Part shown: piece after piece, positions 55,301 through 64,000 of the stretch
How positions within the stretch are numbered: position 1 is the first letter of the stretch
Layout: every line of letters starts with the position of its first letter
Source: an uncultured Chloroflexia bacterium
Lineage (GTDB): Bacteria; Chloroflexota; Limnocylindria; Limnocylindrales; CSP1-4
Assembly: GCA_963735455.1 (NCBI GenBank)
Contig: CAVTKZ010000004.1
Span: 306,101-370,100 of the forward strand
Reading direction: 5' to 3'
Length of the DNA stretch: 64,000 nucleotides
Made by a program: the position numbers and the translations under genes
The notes under the pieces: model-generated
The model's input: only the letters and a program-made list of their open reading frames with translations
Databases searched by the model: none
Told to the model about the DNA's origin: nothing

Positions 55301-55813
55301 ATGGCTGTGCTCGATCCGGCGGGCGCAGACCTTGACGCGATCCTTGCCCGGCTGGGCACGCCCTACGAGCTGCTCGCCTGCGACCCGGCCCTGGCCGACA
55401 CGGCCGCGTTCTGCGCCGCCTACGGCTACTCGCCGGGCGATTCGGCCAACACGATCATGGTCGTCGGCAAGTCCCAGCCGGCGCGCTACGCGGCGTGCGT
55501 CGTGCTGGCGACCACCCGCCTCGACGTGAACCACGCGGTGCGGGCCAGGATCGGGGTGAAGCGCACCTCGTTCGCCTCGTTCGAGGAGGCCCGGGCGGTG
55601 ACCGGCATGGAGCTCGGCGGGGTGACCGTCTTCGGGCTGCCGGCCGGCCTGCCGATCTGGGTCGACCGGCGGGTGATGGAGCGGCCCGAGATCATCCTGG
55701 GTGGCGGCAGCCGGTCGTGGAAGGTCAAGGCAGCTCCGGCCATCCTGCTCGGGCTGCCCGGCGTGGAGATCGTCGATGACCTGGCGGTCGAGCCGCCGCC
55801 CGCCCAGTCATGA
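55301..55813 (+). CDS. YbaK/ProX-type aminoacyl-tRNA deacylase domain protein (prolyl-tRNA editing-like).
   Basis: 170 aa with the YbaK fold signature (…GxxxxxF…GGGS…K). It starts 4 nt after the pyrC stop. Confidence 0.55.
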   Translation: MAVLDPAGADLDAILARLGTPYELLACDPALADTAAFCAAYGYSPGDSANTIMVVGKSQPARYAACVVLATTRLDVNHAVRARIGVKRTSFASFEEARAVTGMELGGVTVFGLPAGLPIWVDRRVMERPEIILGGGSRSWKVKAAPAILLGLPGVEIVDDLAVEPPPAQS

Positions 55814-56845
55814 GCCGGCGGGGAAGACCCCGACCAGGCCCAGGGTCCGATCGTCGAAGACCAGGATCGAGCTGCGCGGACCGTCGGCCAGGCTGCTCAC
55901 GACCCGGACGATCCAGAACAGCTCCGGTCCGCGGCCGTCGAGGCTGATCCCGGCCAGGGTCGGAGCGTCGGCCGGTAGCGAGCTCGTGATCGAGACGATC
56001 GCCGGCGTCGAGCCGGGCAGGAACCAGCCGGCGACCGCCGCCTCGACGGCGACCGGGTCGTGGGCCCCGCGGGACCCTGGGCCCTGGAAGACACTGGGGC
56101 CCTGGTTCGCGCCGGCGATCCAGGCGAGCTGGTCGATGACGAACGAACGGTCGCAACCGGCGTTGCCGCCACCCGGACGTGGGGCGCACTGCGGCGAGCG
56201 CCGGTCCCCGAACTGGCCGACGAGGACGACCGGCCGGGAGCCGGCGTTTGCGGCCAGCCCGACCACGCGGGCCCATGGATCAGGCACGTTCGTGCCGGGC
56301 AGGACGACCGGCTGGATCGAGGGCAGGCCCTGGGGCACGACGATGTCGTACAGGAACGTCGCGTCGTTGGGCTGCAGGACGCTGGCCGGATCGTCGATCA
56401 GGACGAGCTGGGTGCCGCTGCACGGATTGGGCTTGTCGGTGCTCGGGGCCGGCGGGCAGCCCTCGGGTGACCGGTCGTTGCTGAGGTAGCCGCCGACAGC
56501 GATCAGGCCGCTCGGGCTGGGGCCGTCGGGCACGGCGGCGCTGACCGAGCGGACGGTCAGGCCGTCGATCGTCGGAGGGAACTCGGGGCCCAGGGGCGTC
56601 ACCGTCGCGGGACCAGGTGGGGTAGACGATGGGGCCACCGCCGCGGCCGGCGGACTCGCGGAGGGCGGCGCCGGACCTCGGTTGACGAAGCCGATGAAGG
56701 CGACCAGGCCCAGGACCGCGACCAGGCCGATGGCCGCGACGACCGCCCGGCTGGAGCGCTCGCCGATCGGCCCGAGCGGCCGGCCGGCGCCGGTCAGCTC
56801 GATCATCGCGGCCCGGGCCTCGTCCGGCCGGTCACCCTGGGTCAT
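55808..56845 (-). CDS. Hypothetical membrane-anchored extracytoplasmic protein (N-terminal TM helix, Pro/Ala/Ser linker, ~250-aa globular domain with 4 Cys).
   Basis: 345-aa ORF immediately downstream of the PLP decarboxylase on the same strand. No family recognised. Confidence 0.5.
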   Translation of the reverse strand: MTQGDRPDEARAAMIELTGAGRPLGPIGERSSRAVVAAIGLVAVLGLVAFIGFVNRGPAPPSASPPAAAVAPSSTPPGPATVTPLGPEFPPTIDGLTVRSVSAAVPDGPSPSGLIAVGGYLSNDRSPEGCPPAPSTDKPNPCSGTQLVLIDDPASVLQPNDATFLYDIVVPQGLPSIQPVVLPGTNVPDPWARVVGLAANAGSRPVVLVGQFGDRRSPQCAPRPGGGNAGCDRSFVIDQLAWIAGANQGPSVFQGPGSRGAHDPVAVEAAVAGWFLPGSTPAIVSITSSLPADAPTLAGISLDGRGPELFWIVRVVSSLADGPRSSILVFDDRTLGLVGVFPAGS

Positions 56846-56857
56846 CGCCCGGTCACC

Positions 56858-58521
56858 TCACGTCGGAGCGGCCAGCTCGCGCAGGTCGTCGAGCAACCGG
56901 TCGATGTCCGATTCGACCGTCAGGAAATTGACGATCCCGGCCCGCAGGTACGTCCGGCCGCGCAGCCGGGTGGTTGACAGCCAGCCGTCGCCGGAGGCCT
57001 CGAGAGCCACCTGGAGCGCGTCCTGGTGGGCGTCCAGCTCGACTGGGTCGAGGCTGGCCGCCACCTTCGCACCGCCGGGCAGGTGGCGGAAGCAGACGAC
57101 GCTCAGCTCGGGCTCGGGCGGGACAGCCTCGAACTCGTCGTCCTCGGCGATCCGCCGGGCAAGGTAGGCGGCCAGGTCGATGTTGGCCGCGACCAGGCGA
57201 CCCAGGCCGCGGGTGCCGAGGTGGCGCCAGCTCAGCCATAGCTTGAGGGCCCGGAAGCGGCGGGTGCCCTCCATCGAGCGCTGGTAGAAGTTGAGTGGCT
57301 CGCTCGTGCCCAGGCCGTCGCCGGCGTGGTGGGCATCCGCCTGGGCCTCGCCGCCGCGGTAGTACTCCGGGCTGCGATGGAAGGTCTCCAGCAGGTCGGC
57401 GCCGCGGCGCACGACCAGGGCTCCGATGTCGTACGCCTGGAAGAACCACTTGTGGGGATCGACGGTGACCGAATCGGCGCGCTCCAGGCCGGCCACCCGG
57501 CCTGCGTCGCGGGCCGACAGGCGGGCCGCGCCACCGTAGGCGGCGTCGACGTGCAGCCACAGCCCATGCTCTTCAGCCAGGTCGGCCAGCTCGGCGGTCC
57601 GGTCCACGGCCCCGGTGTTGGTCGAGCCGGCCACGGCGCAGATCGCGAATGGCCGCAGCCCGGCGGCACGATCCGCCGCGATCGCCGCGGCCACGGCCGG
57701 GCCGCGCAGCCGGAACGATTCATCGGCGGGCACGACGTGCAAGGTGTCGCTCGGGAAGCCCAGCTCGTCGAGGGCCCGGCTGATCGAGAAGTGGGCCTGG
57801 TCCGAGGCATACGCCCGGACGCCTTCGAGCTGCCGGCCGCGGGGTGGCCGGCCCAGCCCCAGGACCCGGGCGAGGTGCAGGTCGCGGGCGACGGCCAGGG
57901 CCATGAAGTTGGCCATCACCCCGCCCGATGTGAGCACGGCGAAGCTGGCCGGCCCGTAGCCGACCAGGTCGCACAGCCAACGCCCCACCTCCTCCTCGAC
58001 GAAGGCGCTCGACGGCCCGGCGTGCCACACGTCGACGCCCTGGTTGATGAACTGGGCGAGGACCTCGCCGACGATCGACATCAGCAGCGGCGGGGGCGTG
58101 AAGTAGCTCAGGGTGCGGGGGTGGTAGGCGTTCAGGCTGTGGGCCGCCAGCCGGGTTCCGAAGTCGGCGAGCAGGTCGGCCGAGCTCGTTGGCTCATCCG
58201 GCGCGGCGAGCGGGCCGGCCGGGCTGCCGTCGGCGGCGCTGCCGTAGAACGCGCGACGGAGGGCCGCGTAGCCGGCCGGCTCGCCCATTGCCCGCCGAAA
58301 CGCCTCGCCGTACAGGTAGTCGAGGCCGGCGGCCCAGGTCGCCGCCCCGAGGCCTCGGCCAGCGCCGGGCGGGAGTGGGCCGGGTCGTCGAAGCCGATCA
58401 GGGCCGGCTCCGGGTGCCAGTCGAAGCGCCGGCTCGGGTCGGGACGGGGATCGGGGCGCGGTCCGGGCTGCCGGGAGGACGGTGGGGCCATCGCCCGATG
58501 GTAGCGCCTGGACGGGGCCAT
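56858..58521 (-). CDS. Pyridoxal-dependent group II decarboxylase (DABA / glutamate / aromatic amino-acid decarboxylase family), with one frameshift ~60 aa from the N-terminus.
   Basis: PLP-lysine motif SVTVDPHKWFFQAY. N-terminus MAPPSS...WHPEPALIGFDDP in ORF 58132-58521. The remainder is in the 56858-58942 frame. Confidence 0.7.
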
Positions 58522-58559
58522 GCCCGGCGCGAAGGGGGCGGCTCCCGTATCGTTCCGGC

Positions 58560-58952
58560 GTGATCAATCCGCCCCCGATCCAGTACAAAGGCGCCCCGCT
58601 CGAGCCGGATCGCGGACCGGGCCTGGGCTGCTTCCGGTTCCAGCTCGTCGTCCTGGCGATCCTGGTGATCCTGACCCCGATCAGCGTCGTCGCCGGCTGG
58701 CCCGAGCTCGTGTCGGCGGTCCTCCTCTTCGTGGTCATCGCTCTGCTCCTGCTGACCGGCCAGACGATGATCTTCCTGATGCGCCTGGTGGCCGCCGATC
58801 GGCGCACGCGTCGGCGCCCGCTGGGCAGCCAGACGCGAACGGTCGGCGAGATCGAGGACGCCGCCGGCTCGCCGGTCGACGAGCCCGCTGAGCCCGACGA
58901 CCCGCTCGACCCGGGCGCCGGCCCGGCGGCCGAAGACGGCATGCGACAATAG
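58560..58952 (+). CDS. Hypothetical small membrane protein (2 TMS, acidic Pro-rich C-terminal tail).
   Basis: Candidate GTG start. TM segments FQLVVLAILVILTPISVVAG / LVSAVLLFVVIALLLLTG. Confidence 0.4.
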   Translation: MINPPPIQYKGAPLEPDRGPGLGCFRFQLVVLAILVILTPISVVAGWPELVSAVLLFVVIALLLLTGQTMIFLMRLVAADRRTRRRPLGSQTRTVGEIEDAAGSPVDEPAEPDDPLDPGAGPAAEDGMRQ

Positions 58953-58995
58953 CCGCCGCGCCCGATGACGGGACCACGCTGGAGGATGTCTGCTC

Positions 58996-59322
58996 GTGCC
59001 CGTGCTCGCGACCTACTTCTCCGTCCGGCGCGGCCGCGATCCCTTCTTCAAGTTCTTCATGCGCACGATCTTCCCGCGCCAGGTTCGGGAGTACGAGCAG
59101 AAGTACGGGATCCGCTTCCTGGGCTGGTACAACGTCGCCCACGGCTGGGACTTCGACAACGTGATCCTGCTCGACCTGCCCGACTACGCCACCCTCGATA
59201 AGCTCGAGGCCGACGAGGCGACCCGGGCCCTCGGCCACCGGGCCGGGGAATGGATCTTCGAACGCCATCACTCGATGTTCCTCCGGGAGCGGATGGGCAC
59301 CGATCTCGAGTACCACCCGTAA
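58996..59322 (+). CDS. Hypothetical conserved cytoplasmic protein (108 aa; ...FLGWYNVAHGWDFDNVILLDLPDYATLDKL...).
   Basis: GTG 10 nt after GGAGG. Protein-like composition. No family recognised. Confidence 0.5.
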   Translation: MPVLATYFSVRRGRDPFFKFFMRTIFPRQVREYEQKYGIRFLGWYNVAHGWDFDNVILLDLPDYATLDKLEADEATRALGHRAGEWIFERHHSMFLRERMGTDLEYHP

Positions 59323-59336
59323 CGGAGGCGAACGCG

Positions 59337-60274
59337 ATGGACCGCACCCGCATCGATCTGCTCAGTGCCCTCGCCCGGGACGCCTCGCTCGAGCGCTCGG
59401 ACTACCTGGTCCGGGCCGCCGAGCAGTTCCAGCGCTTCCTGGACGCCAACGCCCATTCGATCCGGGAGATCGGCGGGCTGACCCTGATCGACGACGACCC
59501 CGACTACCTGTCGATCGCGCCCGACCTGACCTTCCGCAGCCGGAGCCGCTACCTCGACGATGCGACCGGCGAGTGGCACAGCGAGACGGAGGTGGTCGAG
59601 TCGGCCGCCGAGATCGTCGAGCTGTACAGCCCGGCCGAGCTGTACACGGCGTTCACCGACGCGGCGCGGTCGGCGGGCGGACTGGCCGCCGGCGAGAGTG
59701 GCCGGCCATCGTCGATGGCGAGGCGGAGGACGACGAGCCGGACGAGGTCGGCGACGGCCCGGCGACGGCCGGCGGGCACGGCGATCCGTACGCCGCCGCG
59801 GCCGACTCGTGGGCAGCCAGCCAGGACGACGGCCCGGTCGCCGGGGAGCAGGACGCGGCTCGCCGGCTGTACGACCTGGCCCTCTCCTACCAGGAGCGCA
59901 GCCAGCGCTCGGAGGCCGACCTGGTCGAGCGCTTCCAGGTGGCCGCCGGCCGCTACACGACCGAGCTCGGCGAGCTGCTCGTGGTCGAGAGCGACGAGGA
60001 GCGCCTCGTGCTCCAGGCCGGGGGCACGTTCCGGGCCGAGGTCGAGGCCGAGGACGACGAGGACGCCCATGCCGGCGAAGCCACCCCGGCCGGCGAATGG
60101 CTGGTCCTGTCCACGCCCGAGGAGCTGGTCGGCTTCTACGACCCGACCGATGTCTTCGGCGACCTGGCCGATGCCCTGGCCGAGGCGTTCCCCGCGGTCG
60201 CGCCGCCGGTCACCGGCGACGCCTCGGCCGACGCCCATCCCGACTCGGCGGGCGAGGGCGACGATCGCGGGTGA
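59337..60274 (+). CDS. Hypothetical acidic protein (~310 aa, highly Asp/Glu-rich C-terminal half), with one frameshift near codon ~120.
   Basis: ATG after GGAGG. The N-terminal part is in ORF 59250-60296 and the remainder in ORF 59573-60274. It ends 3 nt before pyrK. Confidence 0.5.
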
Positions 60275-60276
60275 GC

Positions 60277-61161
60277 ATGCAGCTCGTCGCGGCTGAGCTG
60301 GTCGAGAGCCGCGAGATCCTGCCGGGGCAGTGGCTCCAGGCATTCCACGCCCCGGCCCTGACGGTCGGCCCCCGGGCCGGCCAGTTCGTGCACATCCGGC
60401 CGGGCGACTTCTCGGGGCTGATCCTGCGCCGGCCGTTCTCGTTCAACACGGTCGATCGGGCGAGCGGCCAGATCACGATCCACTATCGGGCCGTCGGCCG
60501 GGGCACCGACTGGTTCACCCGGCTGCGTCCGGGCGACCGGGTGGACATGCTCGGCCCGCTGGGCCAGCCCTTCGAGGTCGATCCCCACAGCCGCCACCTC
60601 CTGCTGATCGCCGGCGGCCTGGGCATGGCCGGCGTCCGGATGCTGGCCGACGACGCCCTGCGTGCCGGCCGGGAGGTGACCCTCCTGTTCGGCGCGGCCA
60701 GCGCGACCGAGGTCTATCCCTCGAGCCTGCTGCCCGACGAGGTCGAGTACGTGGTGGCGACCGACGACGGCTCGCTCGGCCACGCCGGCTACGTGACCGA
60801 CCTGGTCCCGGCCTACGAGGGCTGGGCCGACCAGGCGTTCGCCTGCGGGCCGGTGCCGATGCTCGCCGCCCTGGCCCGCCTGGCCGCCGGGCGAAGCAGC
60901 CGGCTGGGGGTCGCCAGCCTCGGCCGGAAGCCGGGGCGGGGGAGGGGCCGGACCGGCTCCTCGGCGCGCGCTGCCGAGCCCGGCTCCGCGGCGGCCCGGC
61001 GCACGTCGTTCCTGCAGGTATCGATGGAGCAGAACATGGGCTGTGCCGTGGGCGCCTGCCTGGGCTGCGTCGTGATGGACGCCAGGGGTGCGCCCCAGCG
61101 GGTCTGCCGGGAGGGGCCCGTCTTCGCCTCGACCGAGCTCGACTGGGAGGCCGGCTGGTGA
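60277..61161 (+). CDS. pyrK: Dihydroorotate dehydrogenase electron-transfer subunit.
   Basis: FAD/NAD-binding ferredoxin-reductase fold (RPFSF, LLIAGGLGMAG). C-terminal Cys cluster CAVGACLGCV...C for the 2Fe-2S. Confidence 0.85.
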   Translation: MQLVAAELVESREILPGQWLQAFHAPALTVGPRAGQFVHIRPGDFSGLILRRPFSFNTVDRASGQITIHYRAVGRGTDWFTRLRPGDRVDMLGPLGQPFEVDPHSRHLLLIAGGLGMAGVRMLADDALRAGREVTLLFGAASATEVYPSSLLPDEVEYVVATDDGSLGHAGYVTDLVPAYEGWADQAFACGPVPMLAALARLAAGRSSRLGVASLGRKPGRGRGRTGSSARAAEPGSAAARRTSFLQVSMEQNMGCAVGACLGCVVMDARGAPQRVCREGPVFASTELDWEAGW

Positions 61162-62141
61162 TCGGCCGGCCGGCCGTCGACCTGTCGATCGAGCTGCCCC
61201 GCGGGCTGCGCCTCGACAATCCGATCCTGGTCGCCTCGGGCACGTTCGGCTACGGCATCGAGTACAGCGACGTGGTCGACATCCAGCGCCTCGGGGCGAT
61301 CTGCTGCAAGGGCACCACCCTCCGGCCGCGGATCGGCAACGTCACCCCCCGGGTGACCGAGACGCCGGCCGGGATGCTCAATTCGATCGGCCTCCAGAAC
61401 CCCGGCGTCGACGCGGTCATCAAGAAGTACAGCCCGACCTGGACCGGCTGGCATGTGCCGGTGATCGTCAACGTCGCCGGCGAGTCGATCGACGACTACG
61501 TCGAGGTCGCCAGCCGGCTCGACGGCGTGCCCGGGGTAGCCGGGATCGAGCTGAACATCAGCTGCCCGAACGTGGGGGCGGGCGGCCTCCAGTTCGCGAT
61601 CGACGCGGAGGCGGCCGGGGCGGTGACCGCGGCCGTCCGGCGGGTCACCGAGCTGCCCCTGCTGGTCAAGCTCAGCCCGAATGTCGCCGACGTGCGCCCG
61701 ATCGCCCGGGCGATCGAGGCCGCCGGGGCCGATGCAATCACCGCGATCAACACTCTGTCGGGGATCGCCGTGGGCCCGGGCCGCCGCCGGCCGCTGCTGG
61801 GCAACATCTACGGCGGGCTTTCGGGGCCGGCGATCAAGCCGGTTGCCCTGCGGATCGTGTACGAGGTGGCCCAGGTCGTGGACATCCCGATCATCGCGAT
61901 CGGCGGGGTGGCCGAATTGGCGGACGTCCTCGACTTCCTGGCCGTCGGCGCCGTCGCGGTCCAGGTGGGCACGGTCCTGTTCGCCGATCCGACGCTGCCC
62001 GTCCGGCTGATCGACGAGCTGGCCGACGAGTGCCGCCGGCTCGGCCACGACTCGTACCTGGCGCTGGTCGGCACGGCCCTGCCGGCCCGCTCGTCGCCGC
62101 TCACGGCGCCGTCCTCGAAGGGCGTCGAGTACCGGCCCTGA
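61158..62141 (+). CDS. pyrD: Dihydroorotate dehydrogenase catalytic subunit (class 1B).
   Basis: ...LDNPILVASGTFGYG..., GAICCKGTT, NISCPN, GGLSGPAIKP motifs. GTG overlapping the pyrK stop. Confidence 0.9.
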   Translation: MIGRPAVDLSIELPRGLRLDNPILVASGTFGYGIEYSDVVDIQRLGAICCKGTTLRPRIGNVTPRVTETPAGMLNSIGLQNPGVDAVIKKYSPTWTGWHVPVIVNVAGESIDDYVEVASRLDGVPGVAGIELNISCPNVGAGGLQFAIDAEAAGAVTAAVRRVTELPLLVKLSPNVADVRPIARAIEAAGADAITAINTLSGIAVGPGRRRPLLGNIYGGLSGPAIKPVALRIVYEVAQVVDIPIIAIGGVAELADVLDFLAVGAVAVQVGTVLFADPTLPVRLIDELADECRRLGHDSYLALVGTALPARSSPLTAPSSKGVEYRP

Positions 62142-62158
62142 CCCGTAGACTTGGCTCG

Positions 62159-62833
62159 ATGACCACCGTTCGCAACGCCATCGAGATCGCCGGCCGGGCC
62201 GCGATCGCCGCCCGGACCGAGGCCCTCTTCCGGAGCTCGGGCGCCCTGCGCGACGGCCACTTCCTGCTCAAGAGCGGGCGCCACGGCGAGCACTACCTGG
62301 AGAAGTTCCAGGTCCTCCAGGACACCGCCGCCACGAGCGAGCTGTGCGGCTTCTGGGCGGCCGAGCATCGCTCGGGCAGCGGCCAGCCGACGGCCGACCT
62401 GGTCGCCGGGCCGACGACCGGTGGGCTGATCCTGGCCTTCGAGACCGGTCGCCAGCTGGGCCTCCGGGCGATCTTCGCCGAGGAGGTCAGGACCGCCGAC
62501 GGTCCGCCTCGGCGGGAGTTCCGGCGCGGCTTCACGATCGCGCCCGGCGAGCGGGTCGTCCTGGTCGACGACATCCTGACCACCGGCGGCTCACTCCTGG
62601 CGATGATCCCGGCCGTTGAGGCGCTTGGTGGCGAGATCGTGGCCTGCCATGTCCTGGTCGATCGGTCGGGCGGGATGAGCAGCCTGACCTCACCCGCGAC
62701 GGGCCGGGTCTATCCCCTGGCCGCGCTGTGGATCCTCGACCTGCCGACCTACGAGCCCGGGCCGGCGACCTGCCCGCGCTGCGCCGACGGGACGCCCGTC
62801 CACGCTCCGGGCAGCACCGGGGCCGGAGCCTGA
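62159..62833 (+). CDS. pyrE: Orotate phosphoribosyltransferase.
   Basis: PRTase motif VVLVDDILTTGGS. ~224 aa. Confidence 0.85.
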   Translation: MTTVRNAIEIAGRAAIAARTEALFRSSGALRDGHFLLKSGRHGEHYLEKFQVLQDTAATSELCGFWAAEHRSGSGQPTADLVAGPTTGGLILAFETGRQLGLRAIFAEEVRTADGPPRREFRRGFTIAPGERVVLVDDILTTGGSLLAMIPAVEALGGEIVACHVLVDRSGGMSSLTSPATGRVYPLAALWILDLPTYEPGPATCPRCADGTPVHAPGSTGAGA

Positions 62834-62843
62834 TCGAGCCCGG

Positions 62844-63764
62844 CTAGCCGCCGGCCTTGACCTTGTCGATCGCCGCGGTCAGCTCGGCCGGCACGACCAC
62901 GGCCTCGTACGACGCGGTCACCGTCCCGGTCGCGTCGACGACGTAGACCCACGGCTCGGTCTGGATGCCCCAGGCCGTCGTGGCCGGGTTGGCCTGCAGG
63001 TTGTTGCTGGCATCGAGGATTGGCTGGAGGCTGCCGTTGGCGTAGTGCATCAGGTACGGCTCGACCTGGATGAAGGTCATTGCCGGCTCGGTCTCGGCGA
63101 CGGCCTTGACCACGTCCAGGGTCGGACCGCACACCCGGCTCGTGCAGAATGCCGGCGTGGCGAAGACGAGCACGAACGGCTTGTGCTCGGCCAGGGCCGC
63201 GTCCTCGGAGATTTGGTAGAAGCGTGGATCCGGGCTGGGGTCGGTCGTGATGCTGGCCAGGACGCCGCCCGCCGTGGCACTGGTCGGTGTGGGTGTCGCG
63301 GGGGCCTTGGCGCCCACCCGGATGGCCGACCCGGTCGCCTTGACCGGCAGGTCGAGCTCGGATGACTCGGCCGGCTTGCCCGGCGGGGTGACCGTGACAA
63401 CCGCCGCCCAGTTGCCGGCTGCGTCGAACGACGTGTCGTAGTACCAGACTGAGCGCTGGTTGGGGATCGCCCACACGAAGCTGGCCGGGGCCGGCCCGAT
63501 CACGAACGTGGTCTTGTCCTTGTCGAGGTCGATGAACCCGACGCTGACCTTGTAGTCGGGCGTCCCGATCGGGGTCGTGCCCGTCGCGTCGAGGAGGCCG
63601 ATCAGGACCCGATCGGGACCGACGACGGTCTCCGAGGAGAAGATCGCCGGGAGGACCGTCTGGCCGTTCGAGCCGCCGACGACGAGGCTCGACGGAGCCG
63701 GGCTGGACCCTGGGCCGCACGCCGCGAGGAGCAGGGAGGCCAGCAACAGGACCAGGAGGCGCAT
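62844..63764 (-). CDS. Lipoprotein with a thioredoxin-like (SCO1/SenC-type?) fold. Putative cytochrome oxidase copper-delivery / assembly factor.
   Basis: Lipobox LLLAACG. Cys pair FCTSRVC in a Sco-like context (FxxPxFC...C). Divergently adjacent to the heme A synthase gene. Confidence 0.45.
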   Translation of the reverse strand: MRLLVLLLASLLLAACGPGSSPAPSSLVVGGSNGQTVLPAIFSSETVVGPDRVLIGLLDATGTTPIGTPDYKVSVGFIDLDKDKTTFVIGPAPASFVWAIPNQRSVWYYDTSFDAAGNWAAVVTVTPPGKPAESSELDLPVKATGSAIRVGAKAPATPTPTSATAGGVLASITTDPSPDPRFYQISEDAALAEHKPFVLVFATPAFCTSRVCGPTLDVVKAVAETEPAMTFIQVEPYLMHYANGSLQPILDASNNLQANPATTAWGIQTEPWVYVVDATGTVTASYEAVVVPAELTAAIDKVKAGG

Positions 63765-63890
63765 CGCCGCGATCGTACCCGCGGCCGCCGATTCGGGCAG
63801 AGCCCGGCTAGAATGGCCGTGCCCGGCGGCGGTGCTGCGACCGATCCGCGCCGCGGCGGAGCCCCGATCAACCACGAAGGCGGAGGCCTG

Positions 63891-64000
63891 GTGACCCGGT
63901 TTCAGAAGCTGGCGGCGGTGACGGTCGCGACGACCCTGCTGCTGGTCACGATCGGCGTGATCGTCCGCGCGACCGACTCCGGGCTGGGCTGCCCCGACTG
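63891..64000 (+). CDS. ctaA: Heme A synthase (COX15/CtaA), 3'-partial: N-terminal 36 codons only.
   Basis: GTG after GGAGG. TM1 followed by the conserved ...VRATDSGLGCPD(WP) motif. It runs off the window end. Confidence 0.6.
   Translation, partial: MTRFQKLAAVTVATTLLLVTIGVIVRATDSGLGCPD

Overview
This is a 64-kb, ~72% GC chromosomal segment, probably actinobacterial. The supports for that are an F420-type DDN-family nitroreductase, GTG starts, and ATGA/GTGA start-stop overlaps. It is densely coding on both strands with no rRNA, tRNA, CRISPR or obvious IS or phage genes. Gene content in order:

- Partial DUF11-repeat surface protein.
- MarR / ABC / ABC-2 / MFS efflux cluster.
- IlvD/EDD-family dehydratase, Zn-ADH and SDR module.
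- DDN nitroreductase and a YghZ-like aldo-keto reductase.
- DUF1015, serA and serC.
- Minus-strand operon of a membrane GGDEF-EAL protein, a translationally coupled membrane protein and two tandem ~30-aa hydrophobic peptides behind a long structured leader.
- Phosphotriesterase-family protein, cyanophycinase-like protein, NAD-dependent epimerase, lipoprotein, SMP-30/gluconolactonase, GH57.
- ECF sigma / anti-sigma (PQQ propeller) next to a secreted repeat protein with its own ABC ATPase and permease.
- Corrinoid-dependent methyltransferase cluster, all on the minus strand:
  - MTHFR.
  - Non-Pyl MttB-superfamily substrate methyltransferase.
  - RACo-type reductive activator.
  - Pterin-binding methyltransferase.
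  - DUF1638 protein.
  - B12-binding corrinoid protein.
  - An IclR regulator, betaine-aldehyde-dehydrogenase-like ALDH, APC permease and orphan OpuAC-type betaine-binding lipoprotein next to the cluster.
- lipB, a GalT-like HIT protein, a second ECF sigma / anti-sigma pair, an RlpA-like protein.
- Pyrimidine operon pyrR-pyrB-pyrC ... pyrK-pyrD-pyrE, interrupted by ~5 kb of unrelated genes where carAB would be expected.
- SCO-like lipoprotein divergent from the start of heme A synthase.

Many genes are split across reading frames by apparent 1-nt indels, and these are strongly clustered in the corrinoid methyltransferase region. Non-coding items worth a second look are a 177-bp element bounded by 20-bp inverted repeats (8894-9070) and a ~62-bp x4 degenerate tandem repeat plus 21-bp repeats in the convergent intergenic region at 42240-42760. 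Coordinates I derived from the printed sequence may be off by +/-1 to 3 nt; ORF-track ends are used where possible.
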